Positions 36,901 through 51,022 of a DNA stretch of 64,000 nucleotides are shown one piece after another (the stretch's first letter is position 1; every line of letters starts with the position of its first letter). The DNA comes from Ministeria vibrans ATCC 50519. Taxonomy: Eukaryota > Protista > Filasterea. The notes below the pieces were generated by a model, which saw only the letters and a program-made list of their open reading frames with translations, had not been told where the DNA came from and made no database searches. The stretch is taken from NCBI GenBank assembly GCA_943704425.1, contig CALSCP010000945.1:11909-75908 (forward strand), given 5' to 3'. Both the position numbers and the translations under genes were made by a program.

Positions 36901-39594
36901 GCCCGAGTTGTCGACATCACGACTGCCGGCTCGGAGAACGTCCTCGACGAAGGCGACCTCATTCCCTTCTCAACCAAGTCGTTTGCCCAGCGTCAGCAGA
37001 TTCTTGTTCTCGCCCATGAGTTTGCGGATCAGGCCATCGAGGCCGGTTCCGTCATCTCTTCGCTTGAGCTGGAAATCACCACTCCGGACACACGCACGTA
37101 CAAGAATGTCCAGATTCAGCTGCTCGCCTCATCGCTGACTACCATCGCCACGCTCCAAGATATGAGCAGTGCCACCACCGTGTTTACCGCTTCTTCATTT
37201 GATATCCAACAATCGGGCCGCGTCACCTTCACCTTCAACACCAACTTTGTCTACGACGGTTCCTCGGCAGTCATTGTGCAGTTTTGCCACCAGGCCGACG
37301 CGGCCAGTGAGGTGGGCTTAAGCGAAGTGCTCTCCATGCCTGTGCGTCTCCACGCCACCATTATCACCAACCTCTTTGTCAGCACCAAAGCGGACAGCAC
37401 ACTTGTGGGCTCCATCTGCGACCAGTCGACCCCTGCCAACGCCAAGCCCGTGCGCCCCGTCATTTACTTTGGTATTGCATCGAGCTTCACGCCCAACTTC
37501 TATGAGTGCGAGTGTCCCTCCTCGTTCACGGGTGCACAGTGCGAGACGGACATGACCTTTACGCCCATCACGACCATCTGGCCCTTCGACGACGGCAAGA
37601 ACACCGGTCTGCCCTCGGTCAACGTCGTCGATCCCTTCGGCACCTCGACCGCGCTTGACTTTGATGGCTCCTCCACCACCGTCGTCGCTGAGGTCACCGC
37701 AATGCCAACGTCGCCCTTCGACGGCTTCTCGTTTGGTGCTTGGGTCAAGTCGGACGCCACCAAGAACGGCTGGATCATGATCCAGGACCAGTCTGGTCAA
37801 CGCGACTACGGTCTGTACCACTTACTCTCAGCAAACCAGCTGTGGGTGCAGTTTACTGTGGGCACCTCGCAAACGACACTCAAATATGAGGCTGAGCTGG
37901 GCATCAACTGGCACCACATTGTCGTGACCATTGGTTCATCTGTGACCGTCACCCTTGACGGTGTGCAGCTTAGCGTTGCTGCAGGCGACGACACCAACGT
38001 GGGTTCTGTCAACGAGGGCTCAGGTGGCGTGCGGATTGGTACACGCGCCGGCTCCAGCAGCTTCTTCTTTGACGGTTCCATCTTCAGCGCGTTCGTCACC
38101 AGGTCCGATAGCTTCTCGCACTGCGCATTTGCCTCGCGCGGCCTCAACGGCGACTCCACCAGCGGCGTGTGCTCGGGTCAGGGAACGTGTAACGACGAGG
38201 CGGTCGGCTTCACGTGCTCGTGCAACACAGGCTTCACCGGCGCTCGCTGCGAGGAGACTCTTGCTCCCGTCACCACCATTTGGCCGTTTGATACTGGCAA
38301 GAACACGGGTCTGCCCTCGTCGCTCACTACCGATCCATTTGGCAGCTCAAACGCCCTCGTCTTTGATGGCGCCTCCTCGGTGGTTGCTCTTGCGTCGGAA
38401 ATGCCCGAGCAGCCGTTTGGCGGCTTTGCCTTTGGCCTGTGGGTGCAGAGCACCTCCAAGGACGCGTGGCTCCTTATCAATGACAACGGCGGCAGTCGCC
38501 ACTACGGTGTCCTCTCCAAGGCGTCCATCGGTCAGCTGTGGGTGCAGTACACCAACAGCGGTGGATCGCGCGTCACCATCAAGTACCCGGCCATTGTGGA
38601 CGACGGCGACTGGCACCACATTGTGGTTGTGTATGACGAGTCAAGTATCTCTCTTTTCCTCGACGGTGTCAAACTGTCGCCGAGCAGTGGGACGGAGACA
38701 GGCATTGCGTTTGTCAGCGAGGGCAGTGGTGCTGTGCGCATGGGCACACGTGCCGGTTCCAGCAGCTTCTTCCTCAATGGTGCGATGTTTGGTGCCTTTG
38801 TCACAAGCAACGACGAGTCCCTGTCGCTGTGCGCCATGGCGTCGCGTGGCCTCAACGGCGAGTCAACTGCCGGCGTGTGCGGTGTGGGTACCTGCCAGGA
38901 GACGGCCAACGGTTACACGTGCGACTGTCCCTCGAACGCGTCGGGTGACCGCTGTGAGCTTACTAGCGGCGTTGAGCTGGTGTCTCAGGTGACCCAGTCC
39001 ACCGGTGCTACCATCAACGGTGACACCGTTGTCTTTGACAGCGCCACCTCGTTTGCAATTGTGCCGTCGTCGGCTCTGCCTGCGCCCCAGCCCAACATGG
39101 GAAACTTTGTCTTTGGCACTTTTATCACTGCGCCCAACACTGGCTACCTCTTCTTCAAGGGGCCCACCGGCCTTCAGCGTCGCGTCGCGCTTTTCTTGAA
39201 ATCCACGGGCGACCTTGACTTCTACTACCGCGCCGTGGGTCTGTCGGGCAACAAGGTGGCGCGGATCGGCACAATCTCGTTGAGCACCAAACACCACGTT
39301 GCCATTCGCTATGACTCGGCCTCCGCAACCGTCACTGGCTTTATTGACGGTGTAGCCCAGTCGCCGAAGACGCTGTTGGCGGCTATTGACTTTGGTGTCA
39401 CGGAGGACTATGTCCTGGGTGCGCGTCGCAACAACGCTGGCACCGCCTACCAGTTTGGTCTGTTGAGCGGCACTCTGCAGCGCGCTGTGCTCGCGACTGG
39501 TGCCCCCAGCCTCTGTTCCATTGCGTCCGACGACCTCGCCTGCCCCGGTAGCTCCATCTGCACTGACAATGGTCTCGGCTACACCTGTGTCTAA
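27925..39594 (+). CDS. Giant secreted EGF-repeat protein 2 (tandem paralog) with inserted domains and 3 LamG-like domains
   Basis: Signal peptide [21 protein letters not shown]; intron ~28048-28940, then ARRGFTC. EGF arrays, inserts homologous to gene 1, and a C-terminal region sharing [13 protein letters not shown] with gene 1. Gaps 30678-30774 and 35653-35660. Confidence 0.9.
35110..36600 (+). repeat. 114-bp coding EGF tandem repeat, near-identical to the gene 1 array
   Basis: Same nucleotide unit as 17800-19410. Confidence 0.92.
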
Positions 39595-39754
39595 AATGGC
39601 TTTTGTTTTCTTCAGAGAGAGAGAGAGAAAGAGTCAAGTTGAGAGGGAGAGAGAGAAAAGAATAACTACAGAGAGAGGAAAATACAAACAAAAATGTGAT
39701 GTTTTTGTTATGATCGTTGCTGCAGAAATGACGTTTACAGGAAGCAGAAAATAA

Positions 39755-39950
39755 ATAGAGAATAGAGAGCTCAGAGTTGTACTCAATGTCAAAACAAGAA
39801 AATCATTATACAAAACGAAGGGCAGCACATTACCGAGTACTTCCACCGTAGACTTCCCAGACAGAAGAGACCACCTTCACCTTGCAATCTCAACCGGAAG
39901 TCTAAAGACATAGAAAAGTGGCAGATCAAAACTCAGCACTCATCAGTGCT
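39755..39950. repeat. Dispersed repeat family B, internally deleted copy
   Basis: Shares 'aatagagaat.gagagc', 'tgtactcaatgtcaaaacaa', 'tacttcc.ccgtagacttc' and 'atcaaaac..cactca.cagtgc' with 61390-61822. Confidence 0.7.
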
Positions 39951-40105
39951 TGGGTCGACGCTATCCTTCCGTTATCCATTGAGGCAATGGAAAAATACAA
40001 CGAATTATTATTATTATCATTCTAATTCTCTATTAATTACCTTTCTTATTCTCACAAATGAAAATAATCAAAAAAAAAATTAATAATATTTTCACACTTT
40101 GCGCC

Positions 40106-43100
40106 ATGTCAAGTGTGGCTCAGCCTGTGAATGATGCAGCGTTAATATCGTGGCTGGCTCACCGATTGAAAGATGCGTAAGTAACACAAAAAAGGTGTCA
40201 CATTTTGAGAGAGAAATGAGCGCAAAAGATACACAACTGTGTCCCTACGCACCGCATGCTATGCTGCGTACACGTCTCTGGAACTGTGTGGGGGGTTGAG
40301 CGGGTGTTTGGCGAATCAGTTGCGCTTTGACAAAATGTCAACTTTAAGCGACGTTTTTTGACTCTTCTCTTTTTTTCTCAACACGAAAAAAAAAATGAAT
40401 GACAGGGAAAACATCGACGACAAGGTCCTGGGAGTGCTGGGGGAGTATGTCATTGCGCTTTTGAAGCACAAAAGCAAGGACCAGCGAGCGTACGCGACGA
40501 AGAAGCTCGATGTGTTTCTGGGTCAGCACACGGGGGCGTTTGTCGACGAACTGTTTGAAGCGATCGAAAGCGGCTCGTACATGCGCCCTGCGCCGCAGTC
40601 GCGCGGGTTCGAGAGCGCGCCGAGTGTCCCGGTGGCACATGGAAGGCGGGCAACCGACGAGCGCGACGACGATCACGAGGACGACGCGGACCGTCAACGA
40701 CGACGCGCGCATGCCGATCACAGTGGCGCTCGCGACGCCGCCGACGCCGACGCCGACGATGGGTCGCGCAAGCGCACACGCCCTCATGACAGCCCGGGCG
40801 ACTTGGATGACGATGATGATGACGACGACGACAGTGGACGACGAAGACGACGAAGGCGGCGAAGCAGCGACGAGGGGGACTCTCATCGACGCGGCAGCTT
40901 CAATCGGGACGAACAGAACCGCGTCATGCTCGGCGGTGGTGGTGAACCGAGCAGCAGCAGTAGCACAACCGCCGCCGCCCCTAGCAGTAGCAGTGCCAAT
41001 ACCTCTGGCTATGGACGTCACTATCGCGACCATGACTACAGTTCGCGCCGTTCTGATTCGTCGGCGCAAGGCAGTCGCGGTGCACGCACGTCGCGCTACC
41101 AACCGCATCAACAGCAGCAGCAGCAGTCGCATGCACAGAGCCTGGTAGGCATGCCAACGACGATGGGGTTCCCGTACCCTACAGGCATGCCCATGGCAGC
41201 AGGAAACGTGGTGTATCCAAGTATGGGTGCAGTGCCCGAGTACGACCCTGACCAGGTGCTCGCAGCGGGCGTTCCTTCCACGATGCACGCCTGGGGTCAA
41301 CCACAGCAACAGCAGCAACAGCAGTCGTACGGCGTTCACTCTCGACTGTCTGATCCGTCACGTCGCGTGGTGCGCGACGTCACTCTCATTTCCACGAGCC
41401 CACAAGGGTATCAGAGCCAGCGCAATGACGACACCGGATCGTCCATGACGATGTCGATGGACCCACGTGACCGTGACTACTCGAACAACGTGGGCCGGGG
41501 AAGGGGACGTGGACGGGGAGGAGGACGCGGTGGGTTCCGTGGGGGTTACAATGGTGGTGGAGGGGGAGGGGCAAGCGGAGGTGGGGGAGCTCGCTCGCGC
41601 ACCGTGTTGCGTCTGGTGAATATTGCGCCGGAGGAGAACACCATTGGTGCGGTCAACGACTACTTCAAACGTTTTGGTGAGATTGTGAATCTGCGTGTGG
41701 CACTGGGAGTCGATCGTCGCGAAGCGGAGGTGGAGTTTAAGACGGCGGATGCGGCACGCGAGGCCATCCGTTGTCCCGAGGCAGTGCTCAACAACCGCTT
41801 CATCAAAGTGTTCTTCAAGACCATGACAGACGAGACGGATGCAATGTCGACGTCCTCTGCGGCGCCTCCATCGTCGCACGCAGCAACGGCAGCGACAGGG
41901 GGTGGTCGCGGGGGAGGAGGAGGAGTTGCGACTGGTGCGGGTGAGCCGAGCGCGCCTGTGCCGCCTGCAGAGAATCTTGAAGACCGACGGCTGGCGTTGG
42001 AGGCCAAGGCGACGGCGGCACGCGAGGCACGCGAGGAACGACAGAAGACGGAACTGGAGCGCAAGGAGAAGCTGAAGAAGTACTTGGATTTGCAGAAGCA
42101 GAAGATGTCGCTGTTGGAGCAGCAGCAGAAGTTGATTGTGGCGCGTGTGAGCGAAGGGAGTGTGGACGGGGCGGTCCGAGCGCTGCTCATGACACAACTG
42201 TCGGACATCCAGAAGCAGATTGGGGACACGACGCGCGCGACCAAACAAGCGCTGCTAAGTGCGAAGAATGCGACGAATCGTGCTGCAACGACACCCACTC
42301 AGTCTCCAATGCGCAGCGGTGTTACTTCTAGTAGTAGTAGTAGTGGTGGTGGTGGTGGTGGTGGTGTGACGGCTACAGGGGCTGCACCACAGACACAGGC
42401 AGCGCTTGAGGCGCGATTGGAGGCGTTGAAGAAGCAAGCGGCTGCTGCTGGTGTGTCGACGGATGTGAGCAGTGGTAGTGGACGGGGCGGAGCCCGAGGG
42501 GGAGGCGGCCGCGGCAGAGGGGGTCGGGGAGGAGGACGGGGAGCGAGTGCAGGGGCAGCGCGGGTGCTGGACATGCGGCCGTCGCGGGTGCTTGTGCGAG
42601 GGTTTGACGAGGCGCAACGCGACGCAGTTGTGGAGCATTTGGGCAAGTTCGGCACACTGACGAGTGTCGCAGCCAACGCAAGTGGTGGAGACGGTCTTGT
42701 CGTGCAGTATGAGCAGCGCTATCAGGCCCAAGCGGTACGGAGTCAACTTGATGGCTGTGTGAGTATCTAACCTTTGTATATATATAATTATGTGTGTGTT
42801 GTGTGGGGAGTAGGCGATTGAGAAAGGGAGTGCGTGGAGTGGCGGAGAGCGACTGATCATGGGATGGGAGCACCTGGCGACCCCCACAAGTGCCCCTGCT
42901 GCTGCAGCTGTGGCTGTTGTTGCAACGCCTGTCACAGTGGACACTGAAAGCGCATTGGATGAAAGTGCTGTCGAGAATGTGACACAGCACAACGAACGCC
43001 ATGTACGCAACGTTTTTATCTTCTTCCAAGAATCTATGTGTATCTGACGCGTGTGTGTTTTGTAGTTTGATGATGATGATGATGATGAAGACGACGAAGA

Positions 43101-43125
43101 TCGCGAGCGCAGTTGGAAGCGCTGA
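40106..43125 (+). CDS. RBM26: RNA-binding protein 26/27 family (PWI plus two RRMs)
   Basis: PWI (ALISWLAHRLKD / LGEYVIALLK..LDVFLGQHTGAFVDELF); RRM (NTIGAVNDYFKRFGEIVN..EAVLNNRFIKVFF); coiled coil; second RRM (LDMRPSRVLV); C-terminal EDRERSWKR. Confidence 0.88.
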
Positions 43126-43285
43126 GTGAGCACTATAGGTCTTTTTTTCCGACTTTTTTCACACACACATACCCACACATGTCTTTCTCACTTAATGAAT
43201 TTTAAATGCTATTCCTATCATACATTATTACTTTGCGTGCTTTATTGAGAGTATGTATAAAATAGAGCTGATGCACGGTGGGGGG

Positions 43286-44100
43286 TTAGAGAAACTTGAC
43301 ACCAAGATCGTCCTTTGATGCGCCTGTGAAGACCTGCGCCTTGCCCTGCGCCTCAAGACAGCGCAGGGCCTTGAGCAGCAGTGTCTCGTCCATGCCATGC
43401 AGTTCTAGAATAAGAAGGAGGAAGGGGAGGTGAGAATGCATGATTGAGGATGGGAATGAAAGGGGGCCACCTGATCCTTCAGACTGCTCGCCGTGTATGA
43501 GTTCGTAGACGGTGCACACTGTCTGGTTCATTCCATTGGCATTGACCCACTGTTCGACGAGCGATGCCCACTCGTCGGGCGTCCGCCACATTAGCATGCC
43601 GCGTGACCGTGATGAGCCTTGCTCCCACTCAATGTGGCCCTGAGCGTCCAGTTCGGCGAGGACAAGACGAATGCCACTTTCGTCGAGTGAACCTAATCAA
43701 GAATGAGAATGACAGTAACGGTTGTTTTTGTGCTTTGCGAGAAGACTCGCGTACGTTTGATCGTGGTGTTGTTGAACACTTCGGACGAGGTGAGTTCACG
43801 CACGTCAAACTGCGAGAGACGATGAGAGCGAAAGTAATCGAGAACAAGTGAAGTCCACGCCTAAACAAACGGAAGGACGGCACGGATAGGGCCGTGTGAG
43901 GGAGGAGGAGGGGGAGTGGGGGAGGGGCGTGCCTCAAGCTGCTTTCGTTTGGTGTCGGCATTGGGTTGGATGCTGAGGAGAGAGAGAGATCAGGAAACAG
44001 ATCAGATTTCATTCAATCCAATTGAGTTGCTTGCGGTGGATGTGGAGTACGTGAAGAACGGGGGAAAGCGGTAAACTTCGGGCCATTCAAACGAGTTCAT
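43286..44100 (-). CDS. VPS25: ESCRT-II subunit VPS25
   Basis: MNSFEWPEVYRFPPFFT start; WRTPDEWA..TVCTVYELIHG..LHGMD..ALRCLE.QGKAQ..GVKFL end. Confidence 0.93.
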
Positions 44101-44184
44101 TGTGATGGAGCCCGAAAATGTGAGTATCAAGTACAATAATGATTAACTAAAAAGTTGAATAAGTCTTATTCTACGATTAATTTG

Positions 44185-44239
44185 GTCTTCGTGTGGTGAC
44201 TGTTGTATCATTAATAAATGCATTAATTAATGGGTTGTA
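44185..44239 (+). mobile_element. Very short 3'-end fragment of the retroelement found at 59446-61331
   Basis: gtcttcgtgtggtgactg(ttg)tatcattaataaatg..gggttgta matches the reverse complement of the element terminus and is followed by (ATT)n. Confidence 0.7.
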
Positions 44240-44307
44240 CTAATTATTATTATTATTTCTATTTTATGTTGTTGCTGTTGTTAATCATTATACAATTAGT
44301 GGAGAAA

Positions 44308-45446
44308 CTATTGAACTGAAGCCCCATGTTCCTCCGAGACAGTGGGGCAATCAGAAACACCCGAGCAGGGAGAATGCGTATCTATGAGAGATTTGGCGAG
44401 ACTAGCCATGCTGGTGCGATGGGTAAGATCTCGTGGAGCGGCCACAGTACCTTTGGCAGCAGCATTGAGATCCTGAGAGAGAATAAAAGAGACAAAGTTA
44501 TATAATAATGTGTGTTTGACATAGGGGCAAGTGTGTTGTATACTTCGCTTGCGTCTAGCAGACTCCACACGGGCTCGGTGGCATGGAGTCCACCTGTACG
44601 TTCAAGATCATCACAATGCGCAAAAAGAAGACCGTCAAGAAGCGCAGTGAAGACAGAGCAAAGAATGACTCCCATAAAAGCAGACTGGAGCATCATGATG
44701 AAAATCGGGGCAACCGGAAAAGACAAGCGAGGGTTGGATCCAAGCAAAACAAATCCAACGGTGGTCGACAGAGTTGTCACAGAGTGAACAGCGACGGCAA
44801 GCACAAGCATAAGCGCACGCATGACAGGGCGTGCGCGCGCCTGGTGAGGCGAGGACGGACGCAAAACGTGCGTCGCCACGACCGTCGCATGGCCTATGTC
44901 ACGCCCGAGCACGGCCACTACCGTCAATGCACTTCCTGTGCACCCCCTCATCATTCGCTCCCTCCTGCTCACTCGTCTCTCTCCGTCTTCCTCCCTATCT
45001 TCTTCTTCGTTTTCTTCTTCTTCTTCTTGTGCTCTTCCAGTGATCTTTGCGTACAGTCCCATTGCAATTCGAACAGGTATCATTCCCAACACCATTGGTG
45101 CTCCTAATCCAAATTCCTAAGGGTGAGTCTTCTCTCTCACTCTTTCCTTCTTTTTTGTTTTCTTTCTCCCTCGAATCTCCCTCCACCCTATTTCACTCCC
45201 CCAGGAATAAGAAATCGCCCTCTACTCTTCCCTCTCCTTCTTTCGTGTGTGCGAGTGTCACTCTTTCTTTCACCTTTTGTCACCTCCTGTTTCTTTCGCC
45301 CTCTATTCTCTCTATCACTTTGTTTCTTTCTCTCTCCTTCTTTCGTGTGTGCGTGTGTCACTCTTTCTTTCACCTTTTGTCACCTCTTGTTTCTTTCGCC
45401 CTCTTTTCTCTCTATCAGAACTCTATCACTTTGTTTCTTTCCCTCT

Positions 45447-45487
<41 letters not shown>

Positions 45488-46701
45488 CTTAGTTTTCTCT
45501 TCGTGTGATTTACTAACCGAGTGCGTATGATCAATGTGATAGCGCAGATTAATCCAGAGCGATTGTTTGACGGGACTCTTTACAAATTGGTCGGGCGTGA
45601 GACTGGCAAAGTAGAATTGCGCAGAGGCGAGAGCTAACACTCCACTTGAGAAGGTTCTAAGCACTTGGGAACCCCACACAAGAGAGATAACTAAAAACGT
45701 GTAGAATGAAGGAGTTACAGGTGTGTTTGTAACTTGTAAGTGATTGAGAGCGTAACATGACAGACTTAACTGAGAAATGGCGGGAAATACTTTAGTACAC
45801 TACAAAAAACACAAAAAAAAGGTCCGAGTGTGAGCAAATAAAAAGACAGACAGACGATGAGTCGAATAATAATAATGGCAGTTACGATGATTGATTGAAG
45901 TGGAGGAGAGGCGGGGGAAGGACAGAGGGAGAGGAATGTATGTGTGTGCCGTTGAGTGATGTTGTGGTGTGTCCGGCAGAGGCAAGTTCAGCAATGGCGA
46001 CTATATTGTAGGCAAAGGAAGCGGCAAAGAGGGTCGCAATGGCAATGGGGAGGGCAAACAGGAGAGACGGAGCACGGCGGATGTACGGTCGGGTGTGTGA
46101 AAGGGCGAGGGAGGCAAGGAGGAGCGTCTTGCGGAAGTGCACTGTAAGGGCGAACAATGCAAGGGTGATGGTAAGTGATGCAAGTGCCATGGCAAGAAGC
46201 AGCCACACGTTGACCATGGCTGCGTGGATGCGCTCGGTGCGGCTCGTTGCAAAAGTGTACTCGCTCCACCAGGCGTAGAAGAAGACGCCGTTGCTGAGCA
46301 GCGCAACCAGGAGACCCGTCAGTGTGATGCGCAGAACGTGCTCGCGCTGCACCAAGAAAAGCAGTAAACACCACAGTGCTGAAACCATGAGAGCTGCCGC
46401 AGCACAGCACAGAATCCATTGGTAGGAGATGCTCATGTCGCCAACGATGCGTGTGCCGACACTCACATCGTTGAAGAGTGCATACACCACGCGACTGACG
46501 GCTAAGGAGGTAAAATTGTGACGCTCCACTGCTGACCAGAACCAATCTGCGTCGCTGTCGGGTACACAGTGATTCAGGCTATCGCTGCTGGCAAACGTGC
46601 CGGGTGCACAGAGTCCCTTTCGGATGGCCACGATGAGCTCTGCGTCCGATTCGACCTGAACGCCCGCCAGACACACCGCAGTCGCAAGAGTCGCCGTCTG
46701 C

Positions 46702-46789
<88 letters not shown>

Positions 46790-46871
46790 GGAGAAAGAAA
46801 CAAAGTGATAGAGNNNNNNNNNAGAGAGAGGAGGGAGAAAGAAACAAAGTGATAGAGAGAGAGAGAGAGAG

Positions 46872-46963
<92 letters not shown>

Positions 46964-47469
46964 AAGGGGATGCAACAAGCCATACGGCGTGTGCGCGAGA
47001 GTCTCTGCGCAGTGCCAACCTCAGTGGAGGTCGGACAGGCGGCGACGCACACTGACACAGTGACGTTTGCGGCCGTCACAAAGGAGAAGAGAGCCTGGCG
47101 CTCGCTGAAGTTGGGCAGAGACGGGTCGAAGACAGCGTTGTCGTAGCCACACACAAGTCCGCGTGAGTCTGTACCGTAGTAGAGTCGCTCGGGAGCGCCA
47201 AACTGAAAAAGACAACAAACACACTAAAAACGCGACTCATTCTCACCGCAAACCTGAAAAGCAAACACGCCAAGCGCCGTAAAGCACACCCACAAGGTCA
47301 TAAAGAGCAACAAACAGAGTCTGTCGGTCGTGCGGCGGCCCTCAAGCAGCCGCTGGGCCCCAATGTGTTCCGCGAGAGACGCACCGTGTGTGGCCCCTGT
47401 GGTGCGCTCCAGGAGCGGCTCTCTCTCGCGCCCCTCGCTATCAACGACTACGTCGAGACTTGCATCCAT
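44308..47469 (-). CDS. Choline transporter-like (CTL/SLC44) family membrane protein
   Basis: RRTTDRLCLLLF, GAPERLYYGTDSRGLVCG, SVCVAACP, many TM helices, LDGLLFAHCDD near the C-terminus. Exon boundaries approximate. Confidence 0.85.
46704..46960. repeat. (GA)n/(GT)n compound microsatellite in a CTL intron
   Basis: Directly visible. Confidence 0.95.
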
Positions 47470-47586
47470 GAAAGGGGTGGGGCTTGGAGAATCGAAATAA
47501 ATCAATCAAAATGTTATATTGTATAACAATAATAATAATAATAATTATTATTATTATTATTATTATTATTGCTCCCATTAAAGTGA

Positions 47587-50557
<2,971 letters not shown>

Positions 50558-51022
50558 ACACCGTTCTCAAAAGATAAAAAAAAATCTGTGAGTGAATTAT
50601 AATAATTATTATGAAATTTTTATAAATTGCTTGAGTTTTTTTTACACAATCCGAAATCAAAATAATATGTCAAAAAACAACAAGTCGCGTCTTCTCTGAT
50701 CTCAAACAATAATCAGTTGATCTGTCTAAAGACAATAAAGACACAAATCACAATTATCATATCTGTAATCTGATAACTTCAGGCTTCTCATTAATAATTG
50801 TGGTGTTGTCACTTTTCGTATCACTTTCGTATTGGATCTTTGTGACTTGTTCGATAAAATCGAACTTCCTTCAACTGACATAATATTTGATACACATCGG
50901 AAGTCGATCCGATCTGCCATTGGATCCTAACCACGCTGTTGGGGCCTTGATCTTGCAGTATCGTTTGCAACCCACTCCTTCTCTCCAACCTGGGGTCCAA
51001 ACAATCGAAAGCCAATCGCTCC

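Noticed and set aside
17564-36977. Long alternative-frame and antisense ORFs (Thr/Arg-rich, SQLSPLYP repeats)
   Set aside because: Shadows of repetitive, codon-biased EGF coding sequence.
15954-39594. Notch or Crumbs orthologue call
   Set aside because: No LNR, TM, ankyrin or ERLI-type tail; both proteins end right after the last LamG/Cys segment.
46574-46978. ORFs with poly-LS/ER/HT/CV tracts (also at 12342-12936 and 54101-54571)
   Set aside because: Translations of intronic dinucleotide microsatellites.
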